A DNA stretch of 64,000 bases from Nitrosarchaeum sp. (GCA_965223865.1 OZ245020.1:128001-192000); one strand, 5' to 3'; positions 1 to 8,451 are shown, counted from the stretch's first letter. The notes: generated from the sequence alone by a model not told the origin. Program-made: numbers and translations.

Positions 1-1274
1 TTCATCCTGTAATAATTGCTGATGGTTACAAAAAGGCATTAAAAAAAGCAATAGAATTTCTCTCTGAGATCACAATCAACGTAGAGTCAAAAGACAAGGA
101 AGTACTTGAAAAGATAGCAAACACGTCGATGCAGACAAAACTTGTGTCAATTGAGGCAACTGACCTTGCCAAACTGGTGGTTGATGCCGTGTTAAAAGTC
201 ATTGAAGAAAAAAATGGGAAATTTAAGGTAAATCTTGATAACATAAAGATAGAAAAAAAGGCAGGTGGTTCTATCTCTGACAGCGAACTGGTAAGCGGTA
301 TAATACTTGATAAGGAGATAGTTCACAGTGGGATGCCAAGAAAGATTGAAAATGCAAAGATTGCTTTGATCAGCGACGCGCTTGAGATCAAAAAGACAGA
401 GTTCGAGGCCAAACTAAACATCTCATCGCCAAACCAGATAAAGTCCTTCATGGAAGAGGAAAGCCAGATACTAAAAGACATGGTAAACAAGATAAAATCA
501 ACTGGCGCAAATGTTGTCTTGTGCCAAAAAGGTATTGATGATATTATTCAGCATTATCTGAGCAAGGAAGGGATGCTTGCAGTTAGAAGAATCAAGGAAA
601 GCGACATGACAAAGCTTGCAAAAGCAACTGGGGGAAGAATAGTTGGAAGAGTCGATGACCTAAATGACGCTGAATTGGGCCTGGCTGAAAATGTGGAGGA
701 GAGAAGAGTGGAGGAGGATAACTGGGTGTTCATTGAAGGATGCAAGAACCCAAAGGCCATTAGTATTCTTGTACGGGGTGGCTCTCAGAGGGTGATTGAT
801 GAGGCAGACAGGTCTATGCATGATGCATTGATGGTGGTAAAAGATGTTATTGAAAAACCAGCAATAGTATATGGAGGAGGTGCTCCTGAAGCATTTATTG
901 CACTAAAACTTAGAGAATGGTCAAAGACGCTTTCTGGCAGGGAACAGCTTGCAGTAGAAAAGTTTGCAGATGCCTTGGAATCTATTCCACTTGCGCTTGC
1001 AAGAAATGCTGGAATGAATCCCATTGATACAATCACCCAATTACGATCAAAACAGAGTACAGGAGAAAGGTTCACCGGTGTCGATGTCATCAATGGGACA
1101 ATTGCAGATTTTGAAAAACTGCGGATAATGGAGCCAGTCAAGGTCAAGGAGCAGATAATAAAGTCAGCTACTGAGACTGCAAACATGATACTGCGAATCG
1201 ACAATGTTGTTGCGTCCTCAAAAGGTTCTGCTATGCCACCAACTGGAGGAATGCCTGGAATGGGAATGGAATAG
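1..1274 (+). CDS. Thermosome (group II chaperonin) subunit, 5'-truncated by window edge
   Basis: Frame open from window start (HPVIIADGYKKA); motifs CQKGIDD, GGGAPE, LARNAG, ATETANMILRID; GGM-rich C-tail. Confidence 0.97.
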   Translation, partial: HPVIIADGYKKALKKAIEFLSEITINVESKDKEVLEKIANTSMQTKLVSIEATDLAKLVVDAVLKVIEEKNGKFKVNLDNIKIEKKAGGSISDSELVSGIILDKEIVHSGMPRKIENAKIALISDALEIKKTEFEAKLNISSPNQIKSFMEEESQILKDMVNKIKSTGANVVLCQKGIDDIIQHYLSKEGMLAVRRIKESDMTKLAKATGGRIVGRVDDLNDAELGLAENVEERRVEEDNWVFIEGCKNPKAISILVRGGSQRVIDEADRSMHDALMVVKDVIEKPAIVYGGGAPEAFIALKLREWSKTLSGREQLAVEKFADALESIPLALARNAGMNPIDTITQLRSKQSTGERFTGVDVINGTIADFEKLRIMEPVKVKEQIIKSATETANMILRIDNVVASSKGSAMPPTGGMPGMGME

Positions 1275-1548
1275 CCAAACGGCAGGTTTGCCCGGTTGAC
1301 AATGAATGATTCAAGTGTTACTTGAACAAGTGGGAATGTATGAGAGGTAATCATAGAACTCCTGCATTGATACTCTATCATGGAGAACTATGCCAGTATT
1401 TTGAGTATTAAAATGGACGCAGATAGATTTGCACATCTAATGCTGATTACAGAGCATTGACCACACAGAAAAAAAGTCTTACGAACAGAATTTCAGTTTT
1501 GCAAATATGATGCTAGGTTTTATTATTATAAATTAAAATCGGTCATAG

Positions 1549-2754
1549 ATGGTATCAGAGTTCGATGTAGTTCCAACAATTATCGGGGTTTTATTTTTAG
1601 TTTTACCCGCGTTACTTTTGGGCAGGCTATGTTCTCATTTTAAAATACCGGAAATCATCGGATTTGTTTTTGCAGGAATAATCTTAGGTCCTACTGCTCT
1701 AGGAGGCTTAATTCCAATTTTTGACAGACCAATTGTTGAACTAAATGATGTGATGCTAGCTTTATGGCAAATTTCTGGAATTATAATTCTATTTTCAGCA
1801 GGGTTACATTTTACATTTCATGACCTAATCAAGGCAGGTCCAAAGGCTGCAATAATTGGAATTTTTGGGGTAATTGTGCCACTTGTTACAGGATACTTTA
1901 TTGTACTTTGGATTGGTTTTGACTGGACAGTTGCAGTACTAATTGGAGCAACGTTTAGTGCCACAAGTATTGCGGTATCAATAGTAATTTTAGAAGAATT
2001 AGGAAAAGAGAAAAGCAAAGAAGGAAATATTTTGGTCAATGCAGCAGTGCTGGACGATGTTTTAGGTCTTGCAATTCTTTCTGCAGTAATTTCTTTGGTT
2101 GCATTAAATACAATTCCAACAATAGAATCTGTAGCAATTACAACTGTAACTGAAATAGGATTTTGGTTTTTGATATTACTTGGTGCAGTCTATATTCTAC
2201 CAAAAATTGTACATGTCGTTTCTAGAACACATCCATCTACTTTGGAAGCTAGAGGTACAAGACAAGGTGTTGCATTAGGTTCTGCATTTGGTTTAGCTGC
2301 AATTGCAGCTAGTGTCGGGTTAAATCCTATCGTAGGTGCTTTTGCAGCAGGTATGGGTCTTGCAGGATCAAAACTAGTAGTACAGGTTAGAGAATTTGTT
2401 GGCAGATTACAAGTGATTGTTTCACCTTTATTTTTTGCAATAATTGGTGCTCATGTAGACATCACACAAATCTCATCAATCAACTGGGGTTTGTTTGCAA
2501 TACTTTTAGTTGTAGCAGTAGTTTCTAAAGTTCTTGGCTGTGGAATACCCGCATCGCTTCTGCTAAAAAGTAAGAAAAGTGGTTTTCGAATTGGATATGG
2601 GATGGTAGCTAGAGGAGAAGTAGCATTCATTGTTGCAGGAATTGGATTGGCTTTTGAGGTACTTTCAGATGAGATTTATTCTACAATGATCTTTGTGATT
2701 TTGGCCACAATTTTCATTGCACCAATATTACTGAGAAATTCATTCAAATCATAA
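1549..2754 (+). CDS. Cation:proton antiporter (CPA2/NapA-Kef family)
   Basis: ~12 TM helices; motifs FSATSIAV, AAVLDDVLG, GAFAAG, RGEVAFI. Confidence 0.93.
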   Translation: MVSEFDVVPTIIGVLFLVLPALLLGRLCSHFKIPEIIGFVFAGIILGPTALGGLIPIFDRPIVELNDVMLALWQISGIIILFSAGLHFTFHDLIKAGPKAAIIGIFGVIVPLVTGYFIVLWIGFDWTVAVLIGATFSATSIAVSIVILEELGKEKSKEGNILVNAAVLDDVLGLAILSAVISLVALNTIPTIESVAITTVTEIGFWFLILLGAVYILPKIVHVVSRTHPSTLEARGTRQGVALGSAFGLAAIAASVGLNPIVGAFAAGMGLAGSKLVVQVREFVGRLQVIVSPLFFAIIGAHVDITQISSINWGLFAILLVVAVVSKVLGCGIPASLLLKSKKSGFRIGYGMVARGEVAFIVAGIGLAFEVLSDEIYSTMIFVILATIFIAPILLRNSFKS

Positions 2755-2790
2755 TTTTTTTAAAAAAATTATTACGTGTGGATGCTTTTC

Positions 2791-2810
2791 TTAACCTCAA
2801 ATATATCCCC
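2791..2810 (-). mobile_element. Putative right terminus of an upstream casposon-like element (reads GGGGATATATTTGAGGTTAA on minus strand)
   Basis: ATATATCCCC abuts the 14-bp TSD copy at 2811-2824; GGG(G)ATAT is the typical casposon TIR terminus; partner end not in window. Confidence 0.55.
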
Positions 2811-2824
2811 AAGCACATCCTGCT
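2811..2824 (+). repeat. Left target-site duplication AAGCACATCCTGCT (14 bp)
   Basis: Identical to 8379-8392; both copies directly flank the TIRs. Confidence 0.93.
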
Positions 2825-2896
2825 GGGGTACTATAACAGCGCTCCATTTAACGCCCCCTGGATAGTATACCAAAAAGGGTCCTGATCAGTAACCTT
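2825..2896 (+). repeat. Left terminal inverted repeat (72 bp)
   Basis: GGGGTACTATAACAGCGCTCCATTTAACGCCCCCTG...CCTGATCAGTAACCTT; reverse complement of 8307-8378, first 36 bp perfect, 3 mismatches overall. Confidence 0.95.
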
Positions 2897-2972
2897 GAAA
2901 CTTGTTATGAAACCAAACGACTACACACAACAAAAAATAACTATTCCGAGGATAAAGCCAATTCATTCGTGA

Positions 2973-3644
2973 ATGAATATGGAAACTGACCCTGATGATT
3001 TACAGAAAATGAGCGAATTGGCCAATTGGTTTGAACAGCGCAAAAATGAAATTCCAAACATAGACAGATTAATTCACAAACTTAGAAACGACCAACAATT
3101 AGGGCACCTTGTCAATGCACAATTTGTAAAACAATTTCATGAAGATGGAACTTTCAGAGTTACTGATGTTGAAGCCAGCACTGGCGATAACGATGTAGAT
3201 ATCGAGTTAGACCATAAAATCAATATTCAAACTTGGCACGGACAAAGCACAGCAGGACACATTATGGAGTCTCAATTTGACAGGAAGGGAATGCAACGAA
3301 ATGTACGGTTAGGGAACATTTCCCCGTTGGGGGGAATCAATAGTGATTTTGATAAAGACTGTCAAGTCATGAAAAAGAAACTAAGTCAATTACCTGATGA
3401 CAATTTCGGCATGGTTTTACTGTTAGACAGATTTGTTGGAATGACAATTTTTCCAGATTGGTGGGACGAGATTTCAGATAACAAATGTGTGGTTAAACTG
3501 AGTTACGTCAGTCACGATACGGGATTCGATAACGTATACGGAGAATCTGTAGTATATCATTCAGATAATTTCCAACAAATGAATAAAGCAAAAGAAATTA
3601 TCAAAGCATTAAAGTTTAATTTCAAAGCAGAAAATATTCCGTGA
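2973..3644 (+). CDS. Hypothetical protein, possible PD-(D/E)xK-like fold
   Basis: 223-aa ORF; DNDVDIELDHKINIQTW loosely resembles a restriction-endonuclease-like active site. Confidence 0.55.
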   Translation: MNMETDPDDLQKMSELANWFEQRKNEIPNIDRLIHKLRNDQQLGHLVNAQFVKQFHEDGTFRVTDVEASTGDNDVDIELDHKINIQTWHGQSTAGHIMESQFDRKGMQRNVRLGNISPLGGINSDFDKDCQVMKKKLSQLPDDNFGMVLLLDRFVGMTIFPDWWDEISDNKCVVKLSYVSHDTGFDNVYGESVVYHSDNFQQMNKAKEIIKALKFNFKAENIP

Positions 3645-3656
3645 ACTGAAATACAA

Positions 3657-4355
3657 TTACTTTGTAATGTGCCCTTTCAGTCTGTCGACGATTCTATGTA
3701 CTTCCTTTTCTGAAAACTGTTCCTTTCTGCCTTCAATAAATGAATTAATTCTATTCAAATCCGTAACTGAAACAAACCTGTAATTGGAATTGTATTTCAT
3801 ATTTCCACGGACAGATAACAAGACACTTGTGACGGGAGGGTTTTTCGGACTACGCCAGGATTTTAATGCAATCCATAACACTCTTCCAGCTCTGTCTACC
3901 TGTTCATGCGGACTGAGGTTCTCGTTTTGATTATAGTATTGGGTGCTCCAGTTTTTGACTTCGATTAGAACTATTCCTCTATTAGACACTACGACAAAGT
4001 CCATTTGTGCAGATTTTAGATTCTTTCTTCCATTGTAAGTTACGTAGTTTGGCAATTCAAAATTTAATCCACACATGACATGAAAATTATCAGACAGTTC
4101 AGATAGTTTTCCCAAGACACTTAATTCCCCATTTGCACCAGCATGGAACGGGTCGTCCTTGTTTTTCTCAAACCTGTTAACCTGTCTTTGTTTGTTCCAT
4201 TTTTTGATGCCTCCAAAAAATCCCTTGTGTTCTGCCTTTAGTTCTTCTTTTAATTCCTGATGAACTCTGTCAATGTCTTCTATTTTCTTTACTTTTCTCG
4301 GATACAAGTCAAGAAGTTCTTTTTCACTTTCAGCACGACCGTAAATTATGGCCAA
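3657..4355 (-). CDS. NERD (nuclease-related domain) protein
   Basis: GANGE...QMDFVVVSNRGIVLIEVKNW...SPHEQV motifs typical of NERD. Confidence 0.88.
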   Translation of the reverse strand: MAIIYGRAESEKELLDLYPRKVKKIEDIDRVHQELKEELKAEHKGFFGGIKKWNKQRQVNRFEKNKDDPFHAGANGELSVLGKLSELSDNFHVMCGLNFELPNYVTYNGRKNLKSAQMDFVVVSNRGIVLIEVKNWSTQYYNQNENLSPHEQVDRAGRVLWIALKSWRSPKNPPVTSVLLSVRGNMKYNSNYRFVSVTDLNRINSFIEGRKEQFSEKEVHRIVDRLKGHITK

Positions 4356-4453
4356 TATAGTGACGTTTGTATATTATTGAAAAAACGTTTTGTTTTACAA
4401 AAACCCTGTTTTTTAAAAAAGCATTTAACTCAACAATCCAAACCTCATACATC

Positions 4454-5250
4454 ATGCAAATGAAGAGATTTCGAGTCCAGAATTACAAGAAGGTTGAAGA
4501 TACGGATTGGGTAAAATGTGATAATCTAACTGTGTTTGTAGGGAAAAATGAGTCAGGCAAATCGGCCATTTTTAGAGGTCTTTCAAAACTTAACCCCTCA
4601 GATGGTGAAATCTATGATGCACTTAAGGAATTTCCAAGAAGGAGATACTCTGAATATAAAAATAGAATTTGGCCTGTGAGTAGTGCTGAATTTGAGTTAG
4701 AAAAAAATGAAATTGAAAAACTTTGCGAAATTTGTGACCCACTTAGAAAAATAAAAAGCGTTATTGTAACTAGATTTTATGACGATAGTCTGAAGGCTGA
4801 ATTTGAACCAAAACCAGATATTGATTCGTTATTAGTAAAAGATTACTTAAACTCAATAAAATCATGGAAAAAACAAATTGAAAAAACTGTAGCCCCTGAA
4901 GGAAAAGGGGAAATTTTAGGGCAAATTAAAAATAATTTTAATCAAGTATTTGATAGTACAATTGCCAAATTAACAGATGAAGATGAACTGTCTTCCGTTG
5001 ATTCTACAATAGTTAAAGAAGTAACAGATACACTCAATTCTAACATCAATGAAGAATGGCAACAAAAAATATTTGATTCAGTTATTGAAGAAAATGACAA
5101 ACTTTCAACAAGAATTGAAAAACGAGATGATTTAGAAAATGCAAAAAATTGGATTTATGAAAATATACCTCAATTCATTTATTTTGATAAATATGATGTT
5201 TTAGATAGTGCAGTTCACATAGACCGATTTATCCAAGACTTGAACAAAGA
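4454..5250 (+). pseudogene. N-terminal fragment of OLD/GajA-like ABC (AAA_15) ATPase
   Basis: MQMKRFRVQNYK start, Walker A VGKNESGKS; no signature, Walker B or TOPRIM parts; runs out of frame into unrelated sequence near 5250. Confidence 0.8.
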
Positions 5251-5525
5251 CACTATCCAAGAAAATAAATCTCAAACCTGCTGGAATTACAGTAAAATCC
5301 TTGAAGGGGAGGTGGGGCAGCGCAACATCCAAAGGAATCATTACTCTGAATTCTAATTTAATTAAGACGCCAAAGAAGGTAATTGATTACATCATAATTC
5401 ACGAATTGTGTCACTTGAATGTAAAGGAACATTCCAGAACATTTTGGAATCTTGTTTCAAAGTATGACAAGGACTATACTAAAAAGGAAAAGTGGTTGTC
5501 AGACAACCATGTAAAAATATCCTGA
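5244..5525 (+). pseudogene. C-terminal fragment of YgjP/DUF45 (SprT-like) metalloprotease
   Basis: LSKKINLKPAGITVKSLKGRWGS...IDYIIIHELCHLNVKEHSRTFW; N-terminal part missing. Confidence 0.85.
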
Positions 5526-5537
5526 GTGCTTTCTAGG

Positions 5538-6029
5538 TTAATCATCTCCTGTCAAGACATGAAGTGCAATTAATCCAATCAATAAAAGTACCAATCCAAA
5601 CTGTCCATGCAACAACCTGTTGAAGACTTTTGTGTGTCTTGAGGAAGTGTATTTCAACAGAATTCCGCTAATCATCAAGACTGTCATTGTAATTGCCAAT
5701 GACAGAGAAATGGAATCCAAGTCATTTACAAGAAGCAGTCCATGCGACATTCCTGCAAAATAGCCAATTGAATTAAGAATAATGTGAAAGTTCAGAACTG
5801 GTTTGTAAAATTGAACTGCCTGTCTTGCCATCACTAATGATTGACCGCCTGCGCGTACAGCGTATTTTCTCCACTTGTTAAATACGATAAAAGGTAGATT
5901 TGCGACAACTCCTGCACCAATAGCCACCCATCCCAGGCTCTCTACTGCGTCTTCAGCGTCATCGTCTGCAAATACGGGTATTGGTACTAAAAATAATAGA
6001 AAAATAATAGGGAAAATTTTGAGATTCAT
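5538..6029 (-). CDS. Membrane protein with paired intramembrane His (cytochrome b/ferric-reductase-like)
   Basis: Signal peptide plus ~4 TM; FHIILNSIGYFAGMSH and LHGQFG...ALH histidine pairs. Confidence 0.6.
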   Translation of the reverse strand: MNLKIFPIIFLLFLVPIPVFADDDAEDAVESLGWVAIGAGVVANLPFIVFNKWRKYAVRAGGQSLVMARQAVQFYKPVLNFHIILNSIGYFAGMSHGLLLVNDLDSISLSLAITMTVLMISGILLKYTSSRHTKVFNRLLHGQFGLVLLLIGLIALHVLTGDD

Positions 6030-6033
6030 CGGA

Positions 6034-6357
6034 TCAACTCGATTTCATCTGAGGTCTTTTGGCTTTGTAGATTTTGTATCCCGTATATGCAACAGAGCCT
6101 ACAATCACTGCAATGGTTCCATAAAGAATTGCATCTGGTATCCCTCCGCCTAGTGCAAGTCCCTCATCATCGTCATCTTCCTCATCATCTCCTCTTTCCC
6201 TTTCCTGTTCTCTTGCTTGTTCTCTTTCAGTCTCACCAAATCCTCTCTGTTCATCATCTTCATACTCATCATCGTCATCTTCATCAGCAAAGACTGTGGG
6301 AACTGTAACAACAGAAAGTGTTAGAATCAAAAATAGACCAAGTGTGAGTGCCTTCAT
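6034..6357 (-). CDS. Exported, highly acidic protein with C-terminal TM anchor
   Basis: Signal peptide ending VFA, Asp/Glu tracts, C-terminal hydrophobic helix and basic tail. Confidence 0.8.
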   Translation of the reverse strand: MKALTLGLFLILTLSVVTVPTVFADEDDDDEYEDDEQRGFGETEREQAREQERERGDDEEDDDDEGLALGGGIPDAILYGTIAVIVGSVAYTGYKIYKAKRPQMKSS

Positions 6358-6770
6358 TGCTTTCTCACCCTTGTGCTTTCATGTTGCAACCATGGCTCTT
6401 TTCTGATTTGAGCCCATGCCAGTACGGAACCAATTACTACTCCTACTTGAAGTACTTTTGATACGATTCCCAAATGTCCTATTCCTCCAGCACTCATTCC
6501 GAAAACTGCAGCCATGTCAGTTCTTGTAACTGCATACAATGCAATTATTCCAACAGTTCCAGCTATTGTTACAGCATATGGAAGTGAACTGTTTGAACTC
6601 TTTAGCATCCAGACTGCAACTGGAATGTAGGCAACTGCCACAACCAAGAAGAATGGACCTTTTATCATGTCTTGTTCTTCAAACAACTCTTCTGATGTCT
6701 CTACAAAATAAACAGTAGAAGTTGCTATCATAAGACCAACAACAATTCCAATTATTGATTTTTTGTTCAT
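6354..6770 (-). CDS. Hypothetical membrane protein (4 TM)
   Basis: Hydrophobic ORF overlapping the downstream gene by 4 nt. Confidence 0.8.
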   Translation of the reverse strand: MNKKSIIGIVVGLMIATSTVYFVETSEELFEEQDMIKGPFFLVVAVAYIPVAVWMLKSSNSSLPYAVTIAGTVGIIALYAVTRTDMAAVFGMSAGGIGHLGIVSKVLQVGVVIGSVLAWAQIRKEPWLQHESTRVRKQ

Positions 6771-6810
6771 GATACTATTACGTGAAAGTGAATATAATGC
6801 GTATTCATCA

Positions 6811-6827
6811 TTCCCAAATTTTGGGAA
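6811..6827. promoter_or_regulatory. Palindromic operator TTCCCA-N5-TGGGAA
   Basis: Perfect 8-1-8 inverted repeat upstream of the 6770 operon; same consensus as 7494-7510. Confidence 0.55.
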
Positions 6828-6834
6828 CGGTTTG

Positions 6835-7173
6835 TTATTCTGAAAACTTTTGCCAAAGCCTTACAATCTTGTCTTCCATCTTTACATGTTCAAGTTTGTA
6901 TGACAGTTCTCCATCTCTAAAAGTTACAATAATTTCATAGGTCCAGTTTTTGTAATAGCTTTCATCAAGGCCTTCCAAAGTTCTTACTACTTTGGTCTTC
7001 TTTACAATGTGTAGTTCTTCCAGCTTTCGTGTCTTGCGGTATGCAGTTGACTGTGGAATGTTTAGCAGATTGGAGATTTGCTGTATGGTGAGTTCTGTTT
7101 TTGACAATAGTGTTATTATCTTTCTGCTCTGTTTGTCAGACAACACATCAAGAATTTCGTCTGTTTCATCCAT
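6835..7173 (-). CDS. ArsR-like winged HTH transcriptional regulator
   Basis: LDVLSDKQSRKII...LTIQQISNLLNIPQSTAYRK wHTH. Confidence 0.88.
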   Translation of the reverse strand: MDETDEILDVLSDKQSRKIITLLSKTELTIQQISNLLNIPQSTAYRKTRKLEELHIVKKTKVVRTLEGLDESYYKNWTYEIIVTFRDGELSYKLEHVKMEDKIVRLWQKFSE

Positions 7174-7174
7174 T

Positions 7175-7441
7175 TCAGCTTCGTTTTACAGCCAATATCA
7201 GAACAATAAAACCTGCAATCTCGATTCCTTCTTCTAATATTTCTCCTAGTATATGGTCTTCAAACACAGAAACAACATCCCCCATTATGGTATCGCCTAT
7301 TACTATTAATGAAAAACCAACCGCTAGAAGGGCCATTGGAGGATATTTTGTCTTCTTGAATGCCTTCATAGCAAGGTAAACCAAGGCAAAACCAACTATG
7401 ATGTGAATAACTAGTATGGCGTAATGAATTTCCTGAACCAA
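7175..7441 (-). CDS. Small 3-TM membrane protein co-transcribed with wHTH regulator
   Basis: 88 aa hydrophobic; stop lies 1 nt from the regulator start. Confidence 0.8.
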   Translation of the reverse strand: MVQEIHYAILVIHIIVGFALVYLAMKAFKKTKYPPMALLAVGFSLIVIGDTIMGDVVSVFEDHILGEILEEGIEIAGFIVLILAVKRS

Positions 7442-7493
7442 TATTTCTCCTCCATTCTAATTGTGATTCTGGATTTAAAGGACATATCTACCA

Positions 7494-7510
7494 TTCTCAT
7501 GAATTGAGAA
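7494..7510. promoter_or_regulatory. Palindromic operator TTCTCA-N5-TGAGAA
   Basis: Inverted repeat in the divergent promoter region 7441/7628. Confidence 0.55.
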
Positions 7511-7627
7511 TCATTTTTGGAGATTCTAAATTTTGATTAGCTGTTACAAAAATTTGAAATCAAGTTTGATTTTCATTAGTGAAAATTATATAATCTGTAT
7601 ATACTTTGCAAGGCTATTTTCTGTAAC

Positions 7628-8293
7628 ATGGTAAGTCAGTATGTCTGGATTGGCATTGCTGTTGGAGTTTTTGTAGCAGGCATTGGAATTGGTTTTGCAG
7701 CATTACAGGGCTCATCTCCAGCACCAGTTATGATGTCTCCTCAACAAATGCCACAGATGATGTCTGACCCTGAATTTAGGCAACAAATGAGAGACAACAT
7801 GAGCCAAAATCGACAATTTATGCAAGAGGCAATGCAAGACCCAGAATACATGCAACAGATGCATTCAACGATGATGGAAAACAGACAACACATGCAAGGA
7901 ATGATGGGTCCTATGATGAATTCCATGATGGATGATCCTGAATTAAGAGAAGAGATGATGAATACAATGTCACAACATCAGGCAATGATGCAGTCTATGA
8001 TGCAGAATCCAGAAATGATGAATATGATGAATCAGAATATGATGGGGTCAGGTATGATGGGACAAGGCAAAGGAATGATGAGTGGAGGTATGGGCCAGAT
8101 GATGATACAGGACCCTGAGTTGCTAGAGCAATTCAAACAACAAAAACTAGAACATCAAAAAATAATGAATGAGTTAATGTCTGGAGATATGAATGACCCA
8201 GCAGTACAACAGAAGCTCAAAGACCAGATTGAAGAACATCAAAAATTCATGGACGAGTTAATGAATCAGCTTAATTCTCAAACTGGTCCATAA
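7628..8293 (+). CDS. Membrane-anchored Met/Gln-rich protein with STI1-like DPE/NPE repeats
   Basis: N-terminal TM; about 46 Met in 221 aa; recurring (D/N)PE motifs. Confidence 0.85.
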   Translation: MVSQYVWIGIAVGVFVAGIGIGFAALQGSSPAPVMMSPQQMPQMMSDPEFRQQMRDNMSQNRQFMQEAMQDPEYMQQMHSTMMENRQHMQGMMGPMMNSMMDDPELREEMMNTMSQHQAMMQSMMQNPEMMNMMNQNMMGSGMMGQGKGMMSGGMGQMMIQDPELLEQFKQQKLEHQKIMNELMSGDMNDPAVQQKLKDQIEEHQKFMDELMNQLNSQTGP

Positions 8294-8306
8294 ATTCTAT
8301 TTTTCA

Positions 8307-8378
8307 AAGGTTACTGATCAGGACACTTTTTGGTATACCATTCAGGGGGCGTTAAATGGAGCGCTGTTATAGTACCCC
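8307..8378 (-). repeat. Right terminal inverted repeat (72 bp)
   Basis: Reverse complement of 2825-2896. Confidence 0.95.
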
Positions 8379-8392
8379 AAGCACATCCTGCT
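8379..8392 (+). repeat. Right target-site duplication AAGCACATCCTGCT
   Basis: Identical to 2811-2824. Confidence 0.93.
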
Positions 8393-8429
8393 GCCATTAC
8401 GATTTGAACCACTTTTCAGAGTGCAAAAT

Positions 8430-8451
8430 AAATCGGCCTAACTATATCCCC
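8430..8451 (-). mobile_element. Putative further casposon-like terminus (GGGGATATAGTTAGGCCG on minus strand)
   Basis: TATATCCCC at 8443-8451, same 9-mer as 2802-2810. Confidence 0.45.

Larger units (their letters stand above)
2825..8378. mobile_element. Non-autonomous casposon-like element (5554 bp), no cas1/polB/transposase inside
   Basis: 72-bp TIRs starting GGGG plus perfect 14-bp TSD; casposon assignment inferred from TSD length and G-run termini. Confidence 0.8.

Noticed and set aside
785-1381. Long antisense ORFs (also 10463-11308, 33803-34318, 41135-41593 and similar)
   Set aside because: Shadows of well-supported genes on the opposite strand
1380-1460. Short similarity (AAAATGGACGCAGATAG / AAAATAGACGCAGATAG) with the region near 63930-63950 and tiny ORFs ...KMDADR/KIDADR
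   Set aside because: Too short to separate from chance; no clear gene structure
2825-8378. Tn3-family or ordinary IS/MITE interpretation of the GGGG-starting TIRs
   Set aside because: Tn3 makes 5-bp TSDs with ~38-bp TIRs; the 14-bp TSD and neighbouring GGGGATAT ends fit casposons better, though this is not proven
8379-8451. Possible tRNA gene on minus strand (GGGGATATAG...GGTTCAAATC)
   Set aside because: No acceptor or T-stem pairing, and about 10 nt too short before the T-loop
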